From NCBI GenBank assembly GCA_009859145.1, contig VRVR01000029.1, forward strand, positions 248,001-312,000: DNA of 64,000 bases. Reading direction: 5' to 3'. This stretch comes from Andalucia godoyi And28 (Eukaryota > Protista > Jakobida). The translations under genes and the position numbers were made by a program. Under the pieces are notes generated by a model. It was not told the DNA's origin. It did not search any database and saw nothing but the letters and a program-made list of their open reading frames with translations. Of this stretch, positions 40,951 to 48,966 are shown piece by piece (the stretch's first letter is position 1; every line of letters begins with the position of its first letter).

Positions 40951-41766
40951 ATGTCTGATTCTGCATACCCAACCAAAGGCGCGTCATCGAATTCCACTGG
41001 CGGAGCCTATGCGTTCACTCCGTCACAGTACGGCAATCAACAAGGACAGTATGGCAATCAGCAAGGTCAGTACGGCAATCAGCAAGGTCAGGCGCCGTAT
41101 GGTGGTGGTGGTTCGCCGTATGCTCCTGTCGCTGTGGCTACCGGAGGAGCCGGAGTTGTGGGCTCGAACAGTGCGGTGCTTTTAACGGGTCCTCAGTCAG
41201 ACTGGTCTTCGGGACTTTTCAATTGCCTGGACGACTGCGCAGTGTGTCTTTATGCAGCTCTGCTTCCAGGCTGTTTGACGATGGATGTCCGAGCACGGAT
41301 GGAAGGCCGTCAGATGGAGTTAATGGATTATGCCGTCGGCGCAGCCATTTGCATCTGCTTCTGGGGTTGGGGCATTTGGTGTTTCGAGTCCTTGTTTGAT
41401 TTTGAAAATCGACGGCGGATCGCTGATCGCTGGCAATTCCCCAAAAGGTCAGAGTTCGGACAGTGTCTTCAAGCCTTCTTCTGTTGTTGGTGCGTCGCAT
41501 GCCAGCAAAAGAGAGAAATGGACATTCGAGAGCGACTTGGCGATCCGTTCATTGCGATGAGACTGCCGTTTGTCGCCCTTGCGCAGCCGGTTGCCGCCGC
41601 CTCCGTATACGCCCCTCCTCCACAATCCGCCCCAGTATCGCACCAGCCGTATGGAGCGAATCCGAACATGTACGGCCAGCCCCAGCCCCAGCCCCAATAT
41701 TACGCGGCTCCAGCTGCGCAGCCGTACCCCGCGAATGGTACTGCTAATAATGATCGCCGTTATTAG
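40951..41766 (+). CDS. PLAC8 (Cys-rich) domain protein with GNQQGQY repeats and Pro/Gln-rich tail
   Basis: WSSGLFNCLDD..VCLYAALLPGC and CLQAFFCCWCVACQQKRE are PLAC8 signatures. ATG at 40951. Confidence 0.88.
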   Translation: MSDSAYPTKGASSNSTGGAYAFTPSQYGNQQGQYGNQQGQYGNQQGQAPYGGGGSPYAPVAVATGGAGVVGSNSAVLLTGPQSDWSSGLFNCLDDCAVCLYAALLPGCLTMDVRARMEGRQMELMDYAVGAAICICFWGWGIWCFESLFDFENRRRIADRWQFPKRSEFGQCLQAFFCCWCVACQQKREMDIRERLGDPFIAMRLPFVALAQPVAAASVYAPPPQSAPVSHQPYGANPNMYGQPQPQPQYYAAPAAQPYPANGTANNDRRY

Positions 41767-41872
41767 TCTCCCCGCCGCCCCCTCTTCCTCTCTTTTCCTC
41801 AGCGAACTGTAAAATCTGTGCTGTCTCAAATCAGCACGAAACACCAATCAAATGATCCATTTTTCGTCGGAG

Positions 41873-41908
41873 GTCGACGGCTGTCAACTCAACCATACTA
41901 TCCGATGA
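41873..41908 (+). repeat. 36-nt dispersed element, copy 2
   Basis: gtcgacggctgtcaactcaaccatactatccgatga; 34/36 identical to 7174-7209. Confidence 0.9.
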
Positions 41909-42250
41909 AATTGGGACCGTCCTCAAGAGGTTTAGAGTAGAGAGCAGTAAACAACAATAATAAAAAAGTGCTGACAAATGCCGATCCTCGAATACAATTA
42001 AAAAAACCCTGTATCGACAGTTTTTCATTGTCGTTTTCCTTTGTGATCCGCGAACAACAAGCAGTGAAGGGATAATAAGGTGTACATACTTACTTACGGA
42101 TCAACACTCTCTGCGACCGTCTCTCATTTTCTCTAATTCGTGTGTACATTCTGTTCTTAACTAGACCTTGATTTTCCCCGTACATTGGTTTTTTTCCCCT
42201 TCCTTGGATTGCTTCTCAACTCCTCGATTGGCTGATCTCGACGCAGCACT

Positions 42251-42252
<2 letters not shown>

Positions 42253-42308
<56 letters not shown>

Positions 42309-42313
42309 ACACA
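42253..42313. repeat. (AC)n microsatellite upstream of the 42488 ATG
   Basis: Read directly. Confidence 0.95.
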
Positions 42314-42487
42314 ATCGCATAGAAGAAGCGCCATTCAGGTCATCATTTGTTTTTATTTTTATATATATTGGCACTGTCATTTGTTCCTTGGATTTGAGAG
42401 GGTTTTGTTGAGCTGGGTTGGGATTATTGATTATTATTATTATTATTATTTTGGGTTTTTGGGTTTGGGTTTACAGAGAGTTCTTGG

Positions 42488-44764
42488 ATGTCTTCGTACA
42501 GTTCCGTATCGTCACTGTCGGAATCGGTGAACGAGTCGGTCGACGACGGGGTTCCTTCTTTGGCATGGCTGACTGCCATTAGGAAGAGCATTCCGCATCA
42601 TGCGATTGCTCGCGAGTCGTTTCCTGTGGCGGCCCTGCGATCGGTGTTATCGTCGGACATGGCGTCCTTGGAGCATTCCGCGGAGGACGACGACTGGTTT
42701 GCTTCGCAGTTTCTGGACCGCGAGCCTCCAGCACCGTTGTCGACATATTCAGTGCTTTCGTCGTCCTCGACGTCGAACAACTCGACGTCTTCCAACACTT
42801 CCTCGTCGTCCGCCACGGAATCGGCTGCAAGCGGTAACGCATTGGATGACCGTTCTTGGGACGACTCAGAGGACAGTCGCAGCGCCTCTCGATCGTCGTC
42901 CCAGTTCCAATCGGAATATGACGACGATCGCAAGGAAGCGACTGTGAACTCGCCGTCAGCAGGTGGGAATGGCCCAAACCGGTACTCTTTCTTTGCCAGG
43001 CTGAAGTTGCGTTCTCAGCTGTCGAAACTGCAAAAGCTCAAGAAAGAAGCCTTGCAAAATCTAAGGATTCGTGAACAGGAGCTGCAGAAGATCAAGCAAA
43101 GCGAGATATCCCTGAAGTCGCAAGCAAAGACAGAGATTCGCTCTCTTCGAGATTGGAAAGGCCCTCGAGACCAGTTTCGACTGGCCCGCGACTTGTTCCA
43201 TGGAAAATGGATGCGCCTGTGTTTGCAAAAGGGATTTGTTCTTCAGCAACTAAAGACAGTACACCACGTGCTCTCCACCGTGGAAACTTTGGAAAATCCT
43301 GCGTCTGCAGACGACCTGCTAGCCGCCGATTTGAAGATGTTGTCCATTAGTGAATCGATGGAGTGTTCGGATCGCTTTTTGCAATGGGAAGAGGCGATTG
43401 AATCGTGGGATGCTCGTGTCATTGCGTTGCAGCGATCGTATGGTATTGCAATTCGCACATTTCTGGGTCGTGCGGTGTCTCCGGATTCCCATGAGCGGCG
43501 ATCGGAAGTTCGACGGCTTGTCAAGGCGTTCCGGCTTCCACGGTTAAACACCGGTGCGACTCAGACTTCCGCTCCCATGTGCACGCGGCCCGCGTTTGCG
43601 AGCATCTTGCTTGACGAGCTGTGCGATTTTCATATACAATCCGTTTTTGACAGACTGATGCTTGACAAGAGGAGTGAGGAGAGCCGAATCCTTCTGCGAT
43701 TTATGGAGAAGGTTGAAGGGGCAGTTGTCGCTCGCTGCTCGACCACCTGTGCATTGCATCCGTTTCACAGAGCTTCGTTCGTGGATGAGTCTGTGGAGCC
43801 GACAGGCGATTCACCAGATCCGTTTCGCCACGAAATCCTGCTGTCTGAATCGGCAGGCTCGCAAGCAAACGGAGATCTCCACGCACATTTAGATTCGCCG
43901 TCGGCGGAGCGTTCAGCCTATTCTTCTTCTGCTGGTCGCCATCACTCGTTACCGCCCACCGAATGTACATGCATGTTTCCATTGAGCCATGTCTACCTCT
44001 TTGCGACAGAGTTTGCCGGGCACTTAGTTTCTCGATATCGTGCGTATTCCGCTGCAAGCCAGTCTGCGATTCGCTTCTTGTCGCACAGACTGTCCTTTAG
44101 CCTGTCTCACAAGTCTTTTTTTGCGCGAGGAACTCGAGACGTGGAATATTGCAGCCTGCAGTCTGCGTTCCTGCGTGCCAAATTCGAGCCTTCCGCTCTC
44201 ACCAGTTGCCGAACGGGTGTTGCGATGCTCTCCGCAAGGGATGTTGAGTTTCCTGATGCTGTGGCTGAACTGGAGAACCTCAACATTATGTTGTCTCCGA
44301 TTGACATGCAGCTGTGCGTGGTTGCTGCCGCAAGAGCCATTTATTCTTCGGGTAAGGTTCGAGAATCCGATGGTGCAGATGTCTTCTTTCCGGCGCTTGT
44401 CGGTGTTGTCAAGGATTCAATTCTTTTTGCTCCTTGGGCGTCCGTGGAATATGTTCATGCGTCTCTTTTGTTTCGATCTTCCGAGGACCACTGGCACCAC
44501 GACAATGATGACGACGGAGACGACGAACGAGACAAGAACGGCGATGTGCACGCAGGACTCTGTGAGTACTACTGGGTGGCGTTTGAATCTGCGCTGGTGC
44601 AAGCGTTTTCAGAATACGAAAGCAAGTTGCGACGCCCCGGCAGTCAGGAGGAGAGCAAGTCTCCTTCGCTTTTCTCGGCTGCGTGCAAGGCTGATGAGGG
44701 TAGCATAGTGCACGATGAAGCTCAATGCGCAAATCCTCTTGTTCGCGACGACCCTTCACTGTAG
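42488..44764 (+). CDS. Coiled-coil protein with degenerate C-terminal VPS9 domain (VPS9D1-like layout)
   Basis: SPIDMQLCVVAAARAI...DGADVFFPALVGVV...GLCEYYWVAFESAL follows VPS9 helix motifs. Confidence 0.7.
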   Translation: MSSYSSVSSLSESVNESVDDGVPSLAWLTAIRKSIPHHAIARESFPVAALRSVLSSDMASLEHSAEDDDWFASQFLDREPPAPLSTYSVLSSSSTSNNSTSSNTSSSSATESAASGNALDDRSWDDSEDSRSASRSSSQFQSEYDDDRKEATVNSPSAGGNGPNRYSFFARLKLRSQLSKLQKLKKEALQNLRIREQELQKIKQSEISLKSQAKTEIRSLRDWKGPRDQFRLARDLFHGKWMRLCLQKGFVLQQLKTVHHVLSTVETLENPASADDLLAADLKMLSISESMECSDRFLQWEEAIESWDARVIALQRSYGIAIRTFLGRAVSPDSHERRSEVRRLVKAFRLPRLNTGATQTSAPMCTRPAFASILLDELCDFHIQSVFDRLMLDKRSEESRILLRFMEKVEGAVVARCSTTCALHPFHRASFVDESVEPTGDSPDPFRHEILLSESAGSQANGDLHAHLDSPSAERSAYSSSAGRHHSLPPTECTCMFPLSHVYLFATEFAGHLVSRYRAYSAASQSAIRFLSHRLSFSLSHKSFFARGTRDVEYCSLQSAFLRAKFEPSALTSCRTGVAMLSARDVEFPDAVAELENLNIMLSPIDMQLCVVAAARAIYSSGKVRESDGADVFFPALVGVVKDSILFAPWASVEYVHASLLFRSSEDHWHHDNDDDGDDERDKNGDVHAGLCEYYWVAFESALVQAFSEYESKLRRPGSQEESKSPSLFSAACKADEGSIVHDEAQCANPLVRDDPSL

Positions 44765-45171
44765 CGATTTCATATTTTTTTATCGTCCCCACTCCTACCA
44801 CTCTTGTCGGTCTTGAGCATCCATTCGCGTATTGCTAGCGCAGACGTCCCCCCTCCGCTTTCTTTCTTCCTTCTTCACACATTGCCAATGTGCACACCCT
44901 TTTGAATCAGTGTTTCTTGCGGGCGTGAATGTTTCCACGTCATAAACGAAGGATCCCCGAACTCCGCGAGGTGGAAAAGCACACACAATACAAACAATGG
45001 CAGAGTGTCGATCACGACTGACACTCGCGGTTCCACGCGAATTTACCTGGATCTTCGGAATCGACAAACTCATAGAAAAATGCCATGGTAGGCGGGACGA
45101 TAAAGTGGTGACGATTAATCAACAAGGAAAAATAGAAAAAGAAAAAGGAATGAGTTAACTAATTAAATCGG

Positions 45172-45579
45172 AGCGCCTACATTGTACACGAGTCCACGGA
45201 TAATCATCGCTGACCACCCATAATCAATGTTGCAACACCACATGCATAGCATGATTGGGAAGGGGGTAAGGTCCAACACGTCCCTCGGCATGTGAGACGT
45301 TCCTAAGATAGATAGATGTAGATGTTGCGCGCGCCGTTCCAATCGCGGTCGAGCGTGCATTTGCACGGACAATAAAGAAATGAAACGAGCGTCGCTGTGC
45401 GAGAATGCAACGCGGCGACGTATTTATAGAGATTCCATGATCAAAATGGGGGCGAAACGAATCGGGCATCGTGTGACGGAGTTGCCAAGATAGCAGACGC
45501 ATGCGCATGGCGCGTGGCAGTGTTTTTTGTTGTCGTGCGCTTTGGATTGCTTCATCAATATCGCAATAAGTGGCAGCGG
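45172..45579 (-). repeat. Dispersed non-coding repeat, copy B (about 408 bp; 40-nt insertion relative to copy A)
   Basis: Reverse complement aligns with 17329-17701. Confidence 0.92.
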
Positions 45580-45631
45580 CTCGAAAGGAGAATTCAAACT
45601 TTAAAAAAAAAATTAAAATTAACATTTCATT

Positions 45632-47095
45632 TTACAGTTTGCTTCGCATGGCATCCCCCATGGACACACTATTTTGTTTCCCGGTGTGGCTGGCAGCCTG
45701 GTACCGCATTGCAGAAAGACGGCAGAGCATTTGGAAGTCGTACAGGTCTGGGTCGCACTGGTCCTTTGGAAGATGCAGAACGGCGTCGGCGATCACCTCG
45801 CCCAGCACAGGACCGAACTTGAACGCATGGCCCGAGTCGCCGGAGGCCAGCGTCACACCCGGAAGGATGTCATCGATGCAGAAAACCTCGTCGGCGGAGT
45901 CGCAGTAGCAGCACAGCTTGGCTTCATGAAGCTTCATACGGGAGCTAACCGATGCTGGGTACACTTCCGTCAGGATCGATCGAAACGACGCGATTCGACT
46001 GGGCCAATTCACCACGCTTGTGTGCGAAGACGGTGCCGAGCAGATTTCGTCGGTTGTGGTTGTCGAAAACGCATCTGCAGCATTTTTAAACTGGTATCCC
46101 GTGCCGTGGTGACCCAGCTTCAGCAGGATCTTCCCGGCATGCGAGTCGCTACGCCATCCAGGGAAAATGTAGTAGCCTGTGTCATTCATGTCTGGACAAA
46201 CGACTGGTGCTTCCTGCATCCAACGCTGTGTGTCTGCCGAGCATGTCGAGAGATCCCAGTACATGATTGGGTGTGCGGTCAAACGCAGCATACTCTTGAG
46301 AGCAGGAGCATAGGTTACGAGTTGCTGCAAAATCTCAGGCTTTGCGATGTACGCACCCATGCACAGCACAATCCGGTTTGCTGACAGCACCTGACCGTTC
46401 GTGCACAGCAGTCGATGTGGAAGCGAAGAACCCTTGGCAGTTTCAAACTGGAATTCTCGAACTTCCGTACCGAGCATGAACCGCACATTCTTCCTCAAGC
46501 ACTCCTTGTACAAATACTCCGTGTACGCTCTTGCTTCTGCGAATCCACCCCACGGGTTAAAGTATCCGTCCACGTACGTCGATAGATTAACAATGTTGGA
46601 CAATCTGGTTCTAAGTTCCGAAGACCACTCGCTCATTCTCAGCACAGGAACACCACACGCTTTCAGCGTTGCAAAAGCGAGTGGCTCCATCTGCTGATCT
46701 CCCCATGGTTTCGAATTGACAAACAGCATGCCAGTCTCGTGCAGCAACGGCAGCCCATCGGCGCGGCGCAGCTTCCGCCACCGTTCAATGGCAATCAAGG
46801 CGGCCCTCGTCGTGACTGCGCACGCACCGTAGTCCGCGCGAACTACCCGAGTCCAATCGCCAGAGGCCGACAGGCGGTGCGGAATCTCCGCAGACTGCTC
46901 AATCACACACACATTCGTGAACCCGCGCTGCGCAAAGCTGAGGGCCGTTGACAGGCCGTACACACCTGCACCAACTATAATCACATTCGCATCACCGTCG
47001 TGCATTCTCAGCACATCTCTCGAGCTGACCAAACGGAACAGCGAACCACTCCGTCTGATTCTTGACAAATGCTGCTTAATAAATGCTTCATTCAT
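45632..47095 (-). CDS. FAD-dependent sarcosine/pipecolate/fructosyl-amino-acid oxidase family enzyme with PTS1
   Basis: Rossmann VIIVGAGVYGLSTA, SASGDWTRVVRADYG, flavin-attachment-type CCYCDSADEVFCID, SGDSGHAFKFGPVLG, C-terminal -SKL. Start is Met at 47095 or 47005. Confidence 0.88.
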   Translation of the reverse strand: MNEAFIKQHLSRIRRSGSLFRLVSSRDVLRMHDGDANVIIVGAGVYGLSTALSFAQRGFTNVCVIEQSAEIPHRLSASGDWTRVVRADYGACAVTTRAALIAIERWRKLRRADGLPLLHETGMLFVNSKPWGDQQMEPLAFATLKACGVPVLRMSEWSSELRTRLSNIVNLSTYVDGYFNPWGGFAEARAYTEYLYKECLRKNVRFMLGTEVREFQFETAKGSSLPHRLLCTNGQVLSANRIVLCMGAYIAKPEILQQLVTYAPALKSMLRLTAHPIMYWDLSTCSADTQRWMQEAPVVCPDMNDTGYYIFPGWRSDSHAGKILLKLGHHGTGYQFKNAADAFSTTTTDEICSAPSSHTSVVNWPSRIASFRSILTEVYPASVSSRMKLHEAKLCCYCDSADEVFCIDDILPGVTLASGDSGHAFKFGPVLGEVIADAVLHLPKDQCDPDLYDFQMLCRLSAMRYQAASHTGKQNSVSMGDAMRSKL

Positions 47096-47295
47096 CAATG
47101 AAATACCACTCAGCGTCAATGGATGCTACGTGGTTCCCTCGTTTTCAGTTCTGTGCAAAACGAAAAGAATTATTTCATTCCAATCAGACTTCGTATCATA
47201 ATTGTTAAAAATTTATGAATTAAATTTAAATTAAAAAAAAAAAAAAGAAAAAGAAAAACAATTAATACAACCCCATATTCATTCCTTCGTTGGAA

Positions 47296-48243
47296 ATGAA
47301 TTTGGAAGAAAAGCTCGAGGAAAAGCGTGCAGAGCTTCGCAGAAAGGCAGAGCTGGCTTCCGCGACTGCTGTTTCTGCAGAAGGTTCTCTTTTGATTCTG
47401 ATTCTGGATTCATGGGCGATTGGCACTCCAGAGGTCATTGAAGCGCTGCTGCCGTTTCTATCCGCGTTTCTCACGGGCGCATCATCCAATGTGGTTGCGG
47501 TGATGTATGGCTCCGAGTTTGTGTGCATGTCGCAGCCTGTGCTGCAGAATTCCGTGGAGACCATCCGATCGGTCCGGCAAGAGTTCAAACGGTCGTGTGA
47601 AAAGTTTGCAAGCAAAACCCGACGGAATGGACAAGCGGCAGCGCAACCTTTGAACCACACGTCCTCGAACCACATCGGTGGGATTGTAATTTCAGGAGAC
47701 GCTGCAAGTTGTGCAATGCCAGTCTCGGAGGTTCGCCGAGAAGGAGCCCGCTATTCTGCCGCGCTGTCGTGTGCCTTGTGCTTCATTAACAAATTTCAAA
47801 GACGAAGCGCTGCCTCCGGTGCACGCCCCCCTCTCGTGCGGTGTTTTGTGCTTTGTGCTCCAGTAGAATTGTCCATGCATGCGATACCCGTGATGAATGC
47901 CGTGTTTTCGTGCCAAAAAATGGAAATTCCCATTGACTGTCTCGTCGTCGGGGACAGCCACTCGGTTGTGCTGCAGCAAGCGGCGCATGTTTCTGGTGGA
48001 ATTTATATGAATCGATCGTTTGCGACTGCGGACTCCATCATCCAGCTGTTGCTTTCCGTGTATCTCTGTGAGCGAGACTGCAGGCCGTATATTCTGCTTC
48101 CGAAACCAACCGAAGTTGATTTTCGCGCTGCCTGCTTTTGCCACGGATTGCCGCGAGAACAAGGATACGTCTGCTCAGTTTGCTTATCTGTATTCTGCTC
48201 CCGGGTGTCGAAATGCGACACGTGTGGCGCAGTGTTTGGATGA
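47296..48243 (+). CDS. GTF2H3: TFIIH subunit p34/Tfb4
   Basis: ALSCALCFIN, MNAVFSCQK..IPID, LQQAAHVSGGIY, VDFRAACFCH, YVCSVCLSVFC...CDTC. Confidence 0.95.
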   Translation: MNLEEKLEEKRAELRRKAELASATAVSAEGSLLILILDSWAIGTPEVIEALLPFLSAFLTGASSNVVAVMYGSEFVCMSQPVLQNSVETIRSVRQEFKRSCEKFASKTRRNGQAAAQPLNHTSSNHIGGIVISGDAASCAMPVSEVRREGARYSAALSCALCFINKFQRRSAASGARPPLVRCFVLCAPVELSMHAIPVMNAVFSCQKMEIPIDCLVVGDSHSVVLQQAAHVSGGIYMNRSFATADSIIQLLLSVYLCERDCRPYILLPKPTEVDFRAACFCHGLPREQGYVCSVCLSVFCSRVSKCDTCGAVFG

Positions 48244-48521
48244 ACTGCAAGTGCAGTTCAACTAGGGTGTTCGATGGCTGAATGAGAAGGAGGAAAGTGT
48301 TTTTTCTTGCGTTGCCCATGGGAAGAATGTGGTCAACCATTCATTCATTAGTTTAGTTTAGTTTAGTTTTTTTTTTTTGCTTTTGCTTTTTTGTTTGGTC
48401 ATATATATTTTCTTTTGCGTCTCCCTTTTTGCACTCCTCTTCACAAGCAAAAAAAAAAAAAATTCAAAAAAATCGATATAACACTACGATCCGCGCGCTT
48501 TCCGCATTCCCCACGGTACAA

Positions 48522-48911
48522 ATGGAAAATAACCGCGATACTGCCCCTTCAGACATTGCGCAGCCACTCGAACGTCTAGCACAACAAGGCTCCGGTGCCA
48601 GCAGCGGTTTGTGGTCTACCGTCCAAGATACCGCAGCTACAGCGTTGGCCACGGCAGCAGAGGTTGCGGGTGTCGTCGAGGGCGTCGTAGAAGAAGTTGC
48701 ACGCGGGGCATACCAGAGCATCACCGGTCGCGACGCAGGGCACGACACGGAAGAGGCTGTGCATCGAGTTCAAGAATTGGGAAGGGAGGCGAGTTCAAGC
48801 ATTCAAGTTCAAGCAGCAAAAGCAAAGCACGAAATTTTGGATGTTCTCGGTGAATCTGGTGGACCACCTGCTGGCGACGCCTTCGCACCAGAAAGAGATT
48901 TCAAAATGTAA
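48522..48911 (+). CDS. Small amphipathic Ala/Glu-rich protein, LEA/CsbD/oleosome-protein-like composition
   Basis: 129-aa ATG ORF filling the gap between GTF2H3 and IPO11. No Cys, helical amphipathic repeats. Confidence 0.6.
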   Translation: MENNRDTAPSDIAQPLERLAQQGSGASSGLWSTVQDTAATALATAAEVAGVVEGVVEEVARGAYQSITGRDAGHDTEEAVHRVQELGREASSSIQVQAAKAKHEILDVLGESGGPPAGDAFAPERDFKM

Positions 48912-48966
48912 AATGAATTCGTAATAGACAGAGAATCCGATATTCTACTTTGTCGGCTCCTCCTCG

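Noticed and set aside
44795-45086. Short minus-strand ORFs downstream of repeat B, one with good Kozak context (CCTACCATGG)
   Set aside because: Only 24 or 92 codons, no homology recognised, and no equivalent downstream of copy A.
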